A stretch of DNA of 64,000 nt from Alphaproteobacteria bacterium. Its GTDB lineage: Bacteria; Pseudomonadota; Alphaproteobacteria; Rs-D84. Both the position numbers and the translations under genes were made by a program. Position 1 is the stretch's first letter. Each line of letters begins with the position of its first letter. Positions 19,982 through 30,153 of the stretch are shown piece by piece. A model generated the notes under the pieces. The model saw nothing but the letters and a program-made list of their open reading frames with translations. It was not told the origin of the DNA and searched no databases. The stretch covers positions 3,114 to 67,113 of the forward strand of contig JAFZZS010000002.1 in the NCBI GenBank assembly GCA_017615655.1, in the 5' to 3' direction.

Positions 19982-21562
19982 ATGAATATGTATCAGTTTT
20001 TAGAGACCACTGTTCAGCGGTATCCAGATGTGTTGTACCTGGTTCGTGAAAATGTGACGTATGCGGGCTTTCTTGAATTAGTAAAGCGTCGTGCGGCGAC
20101 ATTGCATGATTTAGGTGTTAAATCAGGTGATGTTGTTGGTATTTTGTCGCATAATTTACCCGCATTTCCAATAACATTATTTGCAATTTGGTTTCTAGGT
20201 GGCAAAGTTTTGTTGCTTGATACAAATTTGACACCATTTGAATACGATAATATGACGCAAATCACGAAGTGTAATTTTGTTTGCGCAGAAAAGTCATTCT
20301 TTTATAAAACAGATAAATTTACATTCATAGATATCACAACAACTGATGGCGATGTAAATCCGAAACTTAAACCAGCAGATATCAAAGATTCCGAAATTGC
20401 AACACTTTCGTTTACATCTGGATCGACCGGGACCCCAAAGGTTGTGCCATTGACTCATTATAATTTGGTTGAATGTGCGCATTCTTTATATGACATGAAA
20501 CAATGGATTGCAGAAGGTGATATTTTGTACGGTTTCTTGCCGATGTATCACGTATTCGGATTCGCGGTGGAAGTCTTGGCGACATTACAATACGGCGCCG
20601 GGGTATTATTACAGCCGACCATTAATCCCAAGGAATTGATGTCAGATTTCCAAAAATATCGTCCACAGGTTATTCCTGCGGTGCCCAGATTGTTCGAGGT
20701 TTTCCGTAACAAGATAATTGACGGAATCAAGGCAAAGCATAAATGGTTATTGTTCTCGTTCGTGCTAAGAAATGCTGCCTTTTTGCGCAAAATCGGACTT
20801 GGTAGATTGGTAAATGCAATTTTCAAACCGGTTCTTAATGTGTTCGGTGGACGTGCAAAATTACTTGTTGCAGGTGGCGCAGCTACAAAACCAGAAATTG
20901 AAGATTTCTTTGTGGGACTGGGGCTTGGTTTTATTCAAGGCTATGGTATGACAGAAACTGTTGGACCAATCTGTATTTCGAAACCATGCAAGGGGCGCGT
21001 TCCATTTGCATTTGGTGGCCCAACAACGAATAATGTAGTTGAAATTCGTGATAAAAATGCGGATGGGGTCGGTATTTTGTGGCTAAAAGGTAAACAGGTA
21101 TTCGGTGGATACATGAATAACGAAGATGCCAACAAAGATGCATTCGATGAACGTGGATTCTTTAATACTGGTGATATGGTATCGATGGATAAGAATGGCG
21201 AATTGCATTTTGCTGGTCGTAAAAAACAAGTTATTGTTTTGGACAGTGGTAAAAATGTTTATCCTGATGAATTGGAAGGTTTATTCATAACCATCCCAGG
21301 TGTTAAAAATGTTGCGGTGTTTGAACACAAAATCAAAGATAAGACCGTTTCATACGGCGTGTTCAGTGTTGAACCAGGTGTGACATTGGAAAAATTGGCG
21401 GCGGAAATTGCGGAAAAGAATAAAAAGGTCGCTTCTTATAAATGGGTGACCCATTTTGCAATGACTACTGAAGATTTGCCAATGACCAGTACGCAAAAGG
21501 TCAAACACCATATTGTCCGCAAGAACCTTATCGAAGGCAAATATCCAGATAGAAGGGAATAA
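19982..21562 (+). CDS. AMP-dependent synthetase/ligase (acyl-CoA synthetase-like)
   Basis: AMP-binding box SFTSGSTGTPKVV, GYGMTETVG, and a C-terminal hinge with Lys; 526 aa. Confidence 0.75.
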   Translation: MNMYQFLETTVQRYPDVLYLVRENVTYAGFLELVKRRAATLHDLGVKSGDVVGILSHNLPAFPITLFAIWFLGGKVLLLDTNLTPFEYDNMTQITKCNFVCAEKSFFYKTDKFTFIDITTTDGDVNPKLKPADIKDSEIATLSFTSGSTGTPKVVPLTHYNLVECAHSLYDMKQWIAEGDILYGFLPMYHVFGFAVEVLATLQYGAGVLLQPTINPKELMSDFQKYRPQVIPAVPRLFEVFRNKIIDGIKAKHKWLLFSFVLRNAAFLRKIGLGRLVNAIFKPVLNVFGGRAKLLVAGGAATKPEIEDFFVGLGLGFIQGYGMTETVGPICISKPCKGRVPFAFGGPTTNNVVEIRDKNADGVGILWLKGKQVFGGYMNNEDANKDAFDERGFFNTGDMVSMDKNGELHFAGRKKQVIVLDSGKNVYPDELEGLFITIPGVKNVAVFEHKIKDKTVSYGVFSVEPGVTLEKLAAEIAEKNKKVASYKWVTHFAMTTEDLPMTSTQKVKHHIVRKNLIEGKYPDRRE

Positions 21563-21652
21563 TTATGCCGGTTGAGAATCTCGCAGAAATCTATATACAC
21601 ACAAGTAGTGTATTGCTGGGCAAAAATACATTAAATTTATTGTCGATACAAT

Positions 21653-21691
21653 CGACCGGATGTGTAGCGCGTCTGGTCGTTTTTATTTTTT
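21653..21691 (+). terminator. Probable rho-independent terminator after the AMP-ligase gene
   Basis: cgaccgga(11-nt loop)tctggtcg stem with one G-U wobble, followed by tttttatttttt. Confidence 0.45.
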
Positions 21692-21714
21692 AATCAAAAC
21701 AAAAGGAGTAAACA

Positions 21715-22548
21715 ATGGCAAAACAAAGAATCGGATATGATGAATATCAGGAAAAATTGGAACTGCAAAGACGGGCGGATGAACTAAAGCAAAAAAAAGA
21801 AGAACAAGAGAAAAAAAAGAAAGAGGCAGAAAAAGAAAAATTGCGCGTAGCCAAGGCACAGGAAAAACTGGAAAAAAAGAAAGAACGTATAGTTGCAAGT
21901 GGTATTCAACCTTTACGATATTCTTTTTTAAAGGGGGCATTGATCGGTCAAATGGTGGCTTTTGGACTTGGAAATTTGATGTTCGGAGTGGATCATGTGT
22001 TTAATGAGGACAATGGTCAGTATTACCCGCCAAGATATCATACTTACGGCGAAGCAATTAGAAATGCTTATGGTGCTGGTGATTGGAAAGAAGACCCCTA
22101 TAATGTCGCAATTGATACTTTTTTGAATTTGCTAATCACTTCTATAGTAATGTCGATTGTTGTGTCAGAAAATGCGAAAAGAACCAAAAAGGAGGCTAAG
22201 CAACTTCTCGGAAAAATAGAAGGTGTGCAATATCGTAGTACTTCGATTTGGGATCTTGAGCAGAAACTAGCGGATTTGAATGTAGATGGGAATAAGATAT
22301 TAGAGTCTCTTTCAGAAGTAGATAGAAGCTATTTTGAGAAGTTGGCGAAAGGCAATTGGAACGAGGCTGGTTATGAAAAATGTATAGCGATTATCCGGGG
22401 ATATTTGAAATCGCATAAAAAAGAGTATGAAGAAATCATTAAAGTTATTGATGAGGCGGTGTTGCCAGAAGACATTAAAAAGAAATATGGTAAAGGAAAA
22501 GTTATTTCTTTTGGTGCCGCCCAGGCGTTATCTGAACTTAAAAGGTAA
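21715..22548 (+). CDS. Hypothetical Lys/Glu-rich coiled-coil protein with two predicted TM helices (277 aa)
   Basis: N-terminal ~60 aa are K/E-rich (KQKKEEQEKKKKEAEKEKL...), followed by the hydrophobic segments ALIGQMVAFGLGNLMFGV and FLNLLITSIVMSIVV. RBS AAAGGAG lies upstream. Bracketed by terminators on both sides. Confidence 0.5.
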   Translation: MAKQRIGYDEYQEKLELQRRADELKQKKEEQEKKKKEAEKEKLRVAKAQEKLEKKKERIVASGIQPLRYSFLKGALIGQMVAFGLGNLMFGVDHVFNEDNGQYYPPRYHTYGEAIRNAYGAGDWKEDPYNVAIDTFLNLLITSIVMSIVVSENAKRTKKEAKQLLGKIEGVQYRSTSIWDLEQKLADLNVDGNKILESLSEVDRSYFEKLAKGNWNEAGYEKCIAIIRGYLKSHKKEYEEIIKVIDEAVLPEDIKKKYGKGKVISFGAAQALSELKR

Positions 22549-22552
22549 AAAA

Positions 22553-22580
22553 CACCGCCCATTTGGGCGGTTGTTTTTTT
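22553..22580. terminator. Bidirectional rho-independent terminator between the K-rich hypothetical (+) and mnmE (-)
   Basis: accgccc-attt-gggcggt stem flanked by aaaa and tgttttttt. Confidence 0.8.
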
Positions 22581-22589
22581 GCTTGATAT

Positions 22590-23888
22590 TTATTTCCCAA
22601 GGCATAGTTGTGAAAATGTCATGTCCAGAACTTCGTCCGTGCTGATTACACCGAGTATCTTGCCAATTGCATCTGCGGCATAACGAATGTGTTCGGACAA
22701 TATATCATAATCGCCATTTGATTTATCCATTGCGTTTTTTAATTCATCGGCGGCGGTTTTAACCAAATCGTATGTCCGGGCATTTATCATCAATACCGAT
22801 TCGCCACCACCGGCGATTTTGTTTATATGCTTGCCCAATATTGACATCAATTCTGTAATTCCATCACCAGTTTTTGCCGATGTATATATGGCGCCCGAAA
22901 TCGTATGATTAGTAATTGTATCAGATTTATTTACAACCAAAATTTCGCCCGGTTTTATCTGAATTTGCGAATCGTTTGGGGTTATTACATGTATAACAAT
23001 GTCTGCATTATCAATTTCACTGTTTGTGCGTTCAATACCGATTCGTTCCACCGTATCCATTGTATCACGTATCCCCGCCGTATCTGACACGTTTACCAAA
23101 TACCCATTAATATCCATTGTCGCAGATACAACATCGCGCGTTGTCCCCGGAATATCAGACACTATGGCGCGTGCACTGCCCACAATACGATTAAACAAAG
23201 ATGATTTGCCAACATTGGTTTCACCAACAATCGCAACATTGATTCCACATGTAATCGCACGTGATGTACTGTATCTTTTCAATGCCGCAGAAACCGCCGT
23301 ATACAACTGTTTTATATTTTCATAAATTGTTGTATCAATATTTCCCGGTAAATCATCCGCATCATAATCTGTCATTGCAGCGGCATATGCCGAAATTTTT
23401 AGCATCTGGTTGCGCCATTCGGCATAAATATCACTATCGCCACCCATCATAGATTTTAATGCCGCAATGCGTTGTTTTTCGGTTTGCGCATCAAGTAACG
23501 CAACCAGACCATCAACATCTGATAAATCCATTTTACCGTTATAAAATGCGCGTTTTGAAAATTCGCCAGGCATCGCGATTCGCATCTTGCTTTCATGCAA
23601 GAAACGAAATATCTTACTAACAACAGCCATTGCGCCATGTGACTGAATTTCAATAATATCGGTACCAGTAAAACTGTGTGGCGCGGCAAAGTATATAACA
23701 ACACATTGATCAATGATTTCGCCGTCTTTATCGCGCAGATTTGTAAAATATGCGTGGCGTGGAACCGGTGGACGTCCAATAATTTTTTTCGCGAATTCAT
23801 CTAGGTCATTCCCAGATATACGAATCACCGCAACCCCGGATTTTCCGTGTCCAGATGAAAGAGCAAAAATCGTGTCGTCATTACCCAT
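22590..23888 (-). CDS. mnmE: tRNA modification GTPase MnmE
   Basis: N-terminal IFALSSGHGKSGVAVIRISG, G-domain GETNVGKSSLFN, C-terminal CxGK; 432 aa. Confidence 0.92.
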   Translation of the reverse strand: MGNDDTIFALSSGHGKSGVAVIRISGNDLDEFAKKIIGRPPVPRHAYFTNLRDKDGEIIDQCVVIYFAAPHSFTGTDIIEIQSHGAMAVVSKIFRFLHESKMRIAMPGEFSKRAFYNGKMDLSDVDGLVALLDAQTEKQRIAALKSMMGGDSDIYAEWRNQMLKISAYAAAMTDYDADDLPGNIDTTIYENIKQLYTAVSAALKRYSTSRAITCGINVAIVGETNVGKSSLFNRIVGSARAIVSDIPGTTRDVVSATMDINGYLVNVSDTAGIRDTMDTVERIGIERTNSEIDNADIVIHVITPNDSQIQIKPGEILVVNKSDTITNHTISGAIYTSAKTGDGITELMSILGKHINKIAGGGESVLMINARTYDLVKTAADELKNAMDKSNGDYDILSEHIRYAADAIGKILGVISTDEVLDMTFSQLCLGK

Positions 23889-24463
23889 TATTTATTGCCG
23901 CTTATTTCTTTTAAAGCCATTGGAACCAGTTTCGATATATCAAGTGTTGGATTTTGGGTAACAAGTTTTTGCGCCATTTCAACAACATCCATACGGCGAT
24001 AACCCAACGATTCAAGTGCTGATAGTAAATCAGGTAATACGCCACCCGAATCGGATGAAGAAAAATCAAACGAAGTGCCACCTACCTTGGATTTTAATTC
24101 GACAATGATTTTCTCGCCCATTTTTTTGCCTACGCCCGGCGCCATAGATATTGTTTTTGCATCACCCGTTGCGATTGCGGTCATCAAAGTGTCTGTCTTT
24201 ATTGTGCTCATTATGGCAAGTGCAACCTTGGGTCCAACCCCGGATACAGTGGTTAACATGTTAAAAATGTTTTGTCCAGAAATAGAAGAAAAACCAAATA
24301 AACGAATCGAATCTTCGCGGACAAGTGTCTCAATCCACAAGGTCACAGGTGACTTTAATGTAAATATTTCTGGGGTGTAAACACGGTAACCAACAGACCC
24401 CGCCATCAAAATAATGAATCCATCACCGATATAATCAACAATGCCTTGCAATTTTCCAATCAT
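23888..24463 (-). CDS. ruvA: Holliday junction branch-migration complex subunit RuvA
   Basis: MIGKLQGIVDYIGDGFIILMAGSVGYRV, HhH motifs; 191 aa. 1-nt overlap with the mnmE start. Confidence 0.9.
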   Translation of the reverse strand: MIGKLQGIVDYIGDGFIILMAGSVGYRVYTPEIFTLKSPVTLWIETLVREDSIRLFGFSSISGQNIFNMLTTVSGVGPKVALAIMSTIKTDTLMTAIATGDAKTISMAPGVGKKMGEKIIVELKSKVGGTSFDFSSSDSGGVLPDLLSALESLGYRRMDVVEMAQKLVTQNPTLDISKLVPMALKEISGNK

Positions 24464-24515
24464 TTGTTATCCTTATGCCAGTTATTTTAATCTAATTGAA
24501 TCAAAAGGTCAAATT

Positions 24516-25232
24516 ATGAGTGGACACAGCAAATGGCACAATATTCAACATAAAAAGGGCTTGGCGGATGCTGCGCGTAGTGGTTTGTTTACAAAACTAG
24601 CACGTGAAATTACCATGGCAGCCAAACTTGGTGATAAAAATCCGGACAATAATCCACGTTTGCGTCTTGCAATATTACAAGCACGCAAGAACTCTATGCC
24701 AAATGATAATATTAAACGTGCAATCGAAAAAGCATCAGGTTCAAATACTGAAAGTTATGTTGCTGTACGTTACGAAGGTTATGGCCCAGGTGCTGTGCCG
24801 ATTATTGTTGAAGCATTGACAGATAATCCACGGCGCACCGTACCCGAAGTTCGAAACATATTTTCTAAACATGGTGGCAATATGGGCGAAGAAGGCAGCG
24901 TTGCATTCTTGTTTACTCGCGTTGGTCAGATTTTGTATCCGGCATCGGTTGGTAAAACCGAAGATGAAATGATGGAAATTATTATGGATGCAGATGCGGA
25001 CAATTTAGAAACCAGCGAAGAGGGTTTTATTATCACAACAAAGCCAGATGATTTTATGAATGTGCAGAAGAAAATCGCGGATGTGCTGGGTGAACCAGAA
25101 AGTGCTGAACTGACCTGGGTTCCAAATATGCCGATGGATTTGGATGAAGAAACTTGGGGCAAGGTCGAAAGGTTGGTTGATGCCTTGGATGCGAATGACG
25201 ATGTTCAGAAAGTCTTTACTGCCGCGGCATAA
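24516..25232 (+). CDS. yebC: YebC/PmpR-family transcriptional regulator
   Basis: MSGHSKWHNIQHKKGLADAARSGLFTKLAREI; start set at the internal Met 24516. Confidence 0.9.
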   Translation: MSGHSKWHNIQHKKGLADAARSGLFTKLAREITMAAKLGDKNPDNNPRLRLAILQARKNSMPNDNIKRAIEKASGSNTESYVAVRYEGYGPGAVPIIVEALTDNPRRTVPEVRNIFSKHGGNMGEEGSVAFLFTRVGQILYPASVGKTEDEMMEIIMDADADNLETSEEGFIITTKPDDFMNVQKKIADVLGEPESAELTWVPNMPMDLDEETWGKVERLVDALDANDDVQKVFTAAA

Positions 25233-25265
25233 TTTAGTGGTTAGTGTAAGTTGTTAGTAATTAGT

Positions 25266-25289
25266 AAAACCGCCATTGTGGCGGTTTTT
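25266..25289. terminator. Bidirectional rho-independent terminator between yebC (+) and ruvC (-)
   Basis: aaaaccgcca-ttg-tggcggtttt hairpin. Confidence 0.75.
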
Positions 25290-25291
25290 AC

Positions 25292-25783
25292 TTATTTTAT
25301 AAATTTGTTAAAATTAGTTGTGTTTGCGTGGGCCAGGGCGATTGCGATGGCATCACTTTCGTCTGATGTTTTTGGATTGGCAACAGGTAATAGTATTCGC
25401 ACCATTTTATCAACTGCCGTTTTATCGGCGTGCCCGCCACCAGTTAAAATTTTCTTTATCCGATTCGGTTCGTATTCAAATATTGGGATGTCTTTAACCG
25501 CAATAGCGACCATTGCAGAGGCACGTGCATGCCCTAATATCAGTGTTGTTGTTGGATTTTTATTTACAAACGTAATTTCTATACTGCACTCATTCGGTGA
25601 AAATGTATCGCAGAGTTTTGAAACCTCGTTAAAAATAATGGCCAGGCGCTCGGCAAGTGGTCCGGTCTTTTTGGGTAATATAACACCGCTTGCGACATAA
25701 TGACGTGTAGATCCGGTGGTATCTATTACAGCCCAACCAGTATGTAAAAGTCCAGGATCAATCCCCAGTATTCTTGTTGTCAT
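25292..25783 (-). CDS. ruvC: Crossover junction endodeoxyribonuclease RuvC
   Basis: MTTRILGIDPGLLHTGWAVID; RNase-H fold acidic residues; start at ATG 25781-25783. Confidence 0.9.
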   Translation of the reverse strand: MTTRILGIDPGLLHTGWAVIDTTGSTRHYVASGVILPKKTGPLAERLAIIFNEVSKLCDTFSPNECSIEITFVNKNPTTTLILGHARASAMVAIAVKDIPIFEYEPNRIKKILTGGGHADKTAVDKMVRILLPVANPKTSDESDAIAIALAHANTTNFNKFIK

Positions 25784-25785
25784 TA

Positions 25786-26115
25786 TTATTTCCTGAAGGT
25801 TATTTTGCCTACACAATCGGAACCAAAATATTTATTTATTTTCTTTTTTATTTCATCGGTCATATAGGATAATTTTAGTGTATACGCCGGATTGCGTGGA
25901 CGCAATACAATATTGTATTCACCGGAACGGGTCTTTTTTACCGCACAAATATCGGCCAAGCCAGCGATTTCCTTGCCGATGATATTGGGCCATTGTGCAA
26001 CCAAATCAGAATCCGATGCGCGAACCCCAAACAATTTCATAAGTCCCCCCAAGGCCCCTGCAATAGTTTGTGGGCGTGCGGTACGTTTTTTAAATTTATC
26101 TTCTTGGTTTGACAT
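25786..26115 (-). CDS. DUF721 (DciA-like) domain protein
   Basis: 109 aa with a DUF721-like pattern (LVAQWPNIIG...IAGLADICAVKK...LVLRPRNPAYTLKL). 2-nt gap to ruvC, overlaps the mltA 3' end by 20 nt. Confidence 0.5.
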   Translation of the reverse strand: MSNQEDKFKKRTARPQTIAGALGGLMKLFGVRASDSDLVAQWPNIIGKEIAGLADICAVKKTRSGEYNIVLRPRNPAYTLKLSYMTDEIKKKINKYFGSDCVGKITFRK

Positions 26116-27220
26116 AGCTGTATTCTTTTGGCATTAAAATGTACATCTCGCCTTGGGCATGTTGACCATGTGCATAACTATATGCCTCGTCACCTTTGCC
26201 AAAGAATATATCTGCACGCACCCAACCACGAATTGCGCTGCCTGTATCCTGAGCAATCATAAGGCGTCTAAATTTTTGACCATTCGATAGGTTGGTATCA
26301 ATGTATACGGGCAATCCCAATGTATACAATGAATCATCCATGGCTACACTGCGTATCTTTGAAAGTGGGGTTCCAAGTTTTCCGATAACATCTGGTGGAA
26401 CGGATTCATAAAAATAAACATACCTTGGATTATTATATATAACTTCTTTGGCAAGTTTTGGGTTCTTTTTTAGATGTTGCCATACCGCATCTGCGGAATA
26501 TCCACCATCTGGACGGATACCTTTATTACGTAGTTGTTCACCGATAGACTTAAATGGCATATCATTCACCGCCGCGAAGTTTAACTTCACCATTGTGCCG
26601 TCTGAAAGTTTTAGCATGCCACTTCCTTGGATTTGGATATTTTGGACATCAACAATGTTTGCCCAATATAATACACGTCCAATCTTATTTTCGACAATTT
26701 TCTTTTTGGGGACACCTTTGAAGTTTTGTCCATTCGTTGGAATACCCATAAGTGGTTCATTACATTCTGCGGTTTTGGTGCGACATCCTGGAATAACCGG
26801 GGAATAGTACCCTGTATACGTTCCTTTGGTTGAACCATTGTCATTATAAATTTTATATGGTTGAAAGTTTGATTCAAACCATGCGCGCACAGTCTCGTTA
26901 TCGGCGCTAGCACTGGGCAACATATTGCATTTTTCTTCAAAAAGGGCGCGATCTGGAACCACACGTCCAGTATATTGTATCTTGGCCTTGCACGAATTTC
27001 TGAATGCTTGTAAAGCGTATCTTACATCATCTTTGTTCCAGTCTGGCAGTTCAGAATAAGATACGGCCTTTAAGTTTTTGGATGGATATACCGAATCATT
27101 GCCAGTATGTGTCGGGGTTGAAAGGTCGCATGATGTTAGTAAAAAACCGAAAAATACAGCCACAATACCCCCGAAAAAGCGTCTTGAAAAATCGCATTTC
27201 ATTTTATTTTTTCCCCCCAC
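26096..27220 (-). CDS. mltA: Membrane-bound lytic murein transglycosylase A (lipoprotein)
   Basis: Lipobox LLTSC, MltA domain, C-terminal 3D domain (IAQDTGSAIRG...DIFFG). Alternative start MKCDF at 27202. Confidence 0.85.
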   Translation of the reverse strand: MGGKNKMKCDFSRRFFGGIVAVFFGFLLTSCDLSTPTHTGNDSVYPSKNLKAVSYSELPDWNKDDVRYALQAFRNSCKAKIQYTGRVVPDRALFEEKCNMLPSASADNETVRAWFESNFQPYKIYNDNGSTKGTYTGYYSPVIPGCRTKTAECNEPLMGIPTNGQNFKGVPKKKIVENKIGRVLYWANIVDVQNIQIQGSGMLKLSDGTMVKLNFAAVNDMPFKSIGEQLRNKGIRPDGGYSADAVWQHLKKNPKLAKEVIYNNPRYVYFYESVPPDVIGKLGTPLSKIRSVAMDDSLYTLGLPVYIDTNLSNGQKFRRLMIAQDTGSAIRGWVRADIFFGKGDEAYSYAHGQHAQGEMYILMPKEYSYVKPRR

Positions 27221-27284
27221 TTGTAAAATTTCTCTTTAGTGTTATATTATCATAAAACGGGTCATAAAAAAAGGAGCAATCGTA

Positions 27285-27722
27285 ATGGCAAAGTTTAATA
27301 TTATATCTCAGTTTTTGAAAGATATCTCTTTCGAGAGCCCAAATGTTCCAGATTTATTCTTTAAACAGGATAATGGTCAGGCAGAATTAGAAATAAATAT
27401 AGATATGCAGGTAAAAGGTTCAGAAAAAAATCTGTTTATGGTTGATTTGATTACGAAAATCCATTCGAAATTAAAGGCTGATTCTAAATCTATCTTCTTA
27501 ATTGAAGCAACATATTCAGGTTTGGTTCAAATGGAAGAAGAAAAAGATGAAGATGTTAAAAAGCGCACTTTGCTGATAGATGTTCCTGCATTGTTGTTCC
27601 CATCTGTTCGTGCATTGGTAACTCGCCTTACCGCAGAATCTGGTTTTCCACCGTTTGCAATGCAACAAGTTGATTTTGCGGAGTTATATGAAAAAAGAAA
27701 CCAAAAACAAGAAGCCAAATAA
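27285..27722 (+). CDS. secB: Protein-export chaperone SecB
   Basis: FNIISQFLKDISFESPN N-terminus, acidic C-terminal tail; 145 aa. Confidence 0.88.
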   Translation: MAKFNIISQFLKDISFESPNVPDLFFKQDNGQAELEINIDMQVKGSEKNLFMVDLITKIHSKLKADSKSIFLIEATYSGLVQMEEEKDEDVKKRTLLIDVPALLFPSVRALVTRLTAESGFPPFAMQQVDFAELYEKRNQKQEAK

Positions 27723-27727
27723 TTTTC

Positions 27728-27751
27728 AAACGCACCTTCGGGTGCGTTTTT
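27728..27751 (+). terminator. Rho-independent terminator after secB
   Basis: aaacgcacc-ttcg-ggtgcgttt hairpin followed by a T-run. Confidence 0.75.
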
Positions 27752-27821
27752 CACTGCCTTTGCGATTTCATAAAAATTGTGATATCATATAGTGTGCCAA
27801 ACGTTGTGGTAGGGGGATTGT

Positions 27822-29006
27822 ATGGGCAAAGATAGATATATTTCTGTACGCAGTTCAGTAAGTGGTTTTTCCTTTGCGAATCTTGGTTTATTTACGGGAT
27901 TTGCAGATGGTATTTATAATGCTGTTTATTCACTTGTTATACTAGAAATATTTAAAAGTTCAGCAATTGTTGGTGTTTATGTCGCAATATATTCTATTTT
28001 TTGCATGATAGTCGCCCTGTTTGCTAATGAAATATTTCGGCAATTTTCCAAGACCAAGGTTTTTTATTTTGCATTATTGATGTTGGTGGTTTGCTATGCC
28101 ATGATGGGATTTTCGGTGATGCCTCGTACATTCATCGTTTTGGATTATACCAGTGGTTTTGCAATAACGTTAACGGCGCTTTTGATACCATTGTTTATGT
28201 CTGATTTTTCGGGTGTCGCCGGAATGGCACGTCTTAATTCACGTTATCATTTATGGACGAATATTGGGGCATTATTTGCACCAATGTTGGCGGTTGTTGT
28301 TGCAACAAGGTATGGTAACAGATCGGCTTTCTTTCTATCTTCGGCTATTTATTTGGCGGCCTGGACCTTTTTTAAATATTTTCGTCTTATCCAAGAAGAT
28401 AAACAAATCAAACCAATGAATCCGCGACGAACAGTTCGTGCGTTGATTCGTAATGCGATAGCTTTTTTTAGAACACCTGGAATGCTGCGCGCATACCTTA
28501 TAAATTTTGGTTTTTATTCATTACGTGCTATGCGGTATCTTTATGTTCCTATTGTTGTCATAGAAAATGGTTTTACCAAGGACACATTAGGGCTGGTTTT
28601 GACAATCGGTATTATACCATATTTGTTGCTGTCCGAGGCAATGGGGCACCTGGTTAGGCGATTCGGTAAGAAAATATGGCTGGTACTTGGCTTTGGGACT
28701 TTTGCGGCATTTTCAATGTGGGCTACGTTTGCAAGTGGGTTTCCTTTGCTTTCTATATTTGTTTTGTGGCAGATTTCTGGCGCATTTATGGAACCAGTGC
28801 ATGATTTGTTGTTCTTTGATAACACAAAGAAATCTCAGCAGACCAGGTTTTACGGTGTTTTTCGTACCAGTGCCAACTTGCCCAGTGTAATTGCCCCAAT
28901 AGTCGGTGCGGCGTGTATCACATTGTTTGGTGTAACATCGGCGGTATGGTTCGTAACAGCCGCCATAGGTGTCATATCTGTCTTGATTTTAATTGCTAAA
29001 AAGTAA
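27822..29006 (+). CDS. MFS transporter
   Basis: 12 predicted TM helices in a 6+6 arrangement; 394 aa. Confidence 0.65.
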   Translation: MGKDRYISVRSSVSGFSFANLGLFTGFADGIYNAVYSLVILEIFKSSAIVGVYVAIYSIFCMIVALFANEIFRQFSKTKVFYFALLMLVVCYAMMGFSVMPRTFIVLDYTSGFAITLTALLIPLFMSDFSGVAGMARLNSRYHLWTNIGALFAPMLAVVVATRYGNRSAFFLSSAIYLAAWTFFKYFRLIQEDKQIKPMNPRRTVRALIRNAIAFFRTPGMLRAYLINFGFYSLRAMRYLYVPIVVIENGFTKDTLGLVLTIGIIPYLLLSEAMGHLVRRFGKKIWLVLGFGTFAAFSMWATFASGFPLLSIFVLWQISGAFMEPVHDLLFFDNTKKSQQTRFYGVFRTSANLPSVIAPIVGAACITLFGVTSAVWFVTAAIGVISVLILIAKK

Positions 29007-29060
29007 TTGCAAGGTGCCTTTTTTCTTTGTATTATTTCGATATAAGAAAAGGGGTTATTT

Positions 29061-30131
29061 ATGGCTAAGAAAGAAGCAGTTGCCACGAGTGCAAAAAATC
29101 CTGCACTGGAATCAGCGTTGGCACAAATTCAAAAACAATTTGGTAAAGAAGCCATCATGAAAATGGGTGATGGGTCGCAACAGAATATCGAAGCAATATC
29201 TTCTGGCTCTTTGGGGTTAGATATTGCGCTTGGGATTGGTGGATATCCGCGCGGGCGAATTGTTGAGATATATGGTCCGGAAAGTTCTGGAAAAACCACA
29301 CTAGCATTACATGCAGTTGCCGAGGCACAAAAGAAAGGTGGCACGTGTGCGTACATAGATGCAGAAAATGCGTTGGATCCAAGTTATGCAAAAAAGTTAG
29401 GTGTCGATGTCGCAAACCTTATTATATCGCAACCCGATTCGGGTGAACAGGCACTTGAGATTGCTGATACTCTGATTAAATCTGGTGCAGTCGATGTCGT
29501 TGTAATCGATTCGGTTGCGGCTCTTGTTCCCAAGGCGGAATTAGAAGGTAATATTGGTGATAGTTTTGTCGGTACAACCGCCCGATTGATGAGCCAATCA
29601 CTTAAAAAATTAGCGGGCAGTGTATCACGCAGTAACACATTGCTTATATTTATCAATCAGATTCGTATGAAGATAGGTGTTATGTTTGGAAATCCTGAAA
29701 CGACATCTGGTGGAAATGCGTTAAAGTTTTATGCTTCGGTACGTTTAGATATCCGCAGGACAGGTGCAATCAAGGACAAGGAAAACGTTATCGGAAATGA
29801 AACACGTGTAAAAATTGTAAAGAATAAAGTTGCCCCACCTTTCCGTACGGTTGATTTTAAAATTATGTATGGCGAAGGAATTTCTCGTATAAGCGAAATC
29901 TTGGATATGGGTGTCAAATATGATTTCATCGACAAAGCAGGCAGTTTTTATTCGTATAATAACGAGCGCATCGGCCAGGGTGAAGCGAATGCACGTCAAT
30001 GGCTAAAAGATCATCCAGAAGCCCAAGCCGAGTTATTGGATAAGATAATGGCACGCGCGAATGGTATCGCCGAGGAAATGACAATTGGTTCACCAGATGA
30101 TGATGCGGGTGGGTCTGTTCAGGATGAATAA
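29061..30131 (+). CDS. recA: Recombinase RecA
   Basis: [33 protein letters not shown]alker A, L1/L2 loops; 356 aa. Confidence 0.95.
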   Translation: MAKKEAVATSAKNPALESALAQIQKQFGKEAIMKMGDGSQQNIEAISSGSLGLDIALGIGGYPRGRIVEIYGPESSGKTTLALHAVAEAQKKGGTCAYIDAENALDPSYAKKLGVDVANLIISQPDSGEQALEIADTLIKSGAVDVVVIDSVAALVPKAELEGNIGDSFVGTTARLMSQSLKKLAGSVSRSNTLLIFINQIRMKIGVMFGNPETTSGGNALKFYASVRLDIRRTGAIKDKENVIGNETRVKIVKNKVAPPFRTVDFKIMYGEGISRISEILDMGVKYDFIDKAGSFYSYNNERIGQGEANARQWLKDHPEAQAELLDKIMARANGIAEEMTIGSPDDDAGGSVQDE

Positions 30132-30153
30132 ATATTAAACAAAAGGGGATGGC

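Noticed and set aside
21563-21714. 152-nt intergenic region checked for tRNA or sRNA
   Set aside because: It contains only a terminator-like hairpin and an RBS; no cloverleaf-compatible arms or conserved tRNA boxes.
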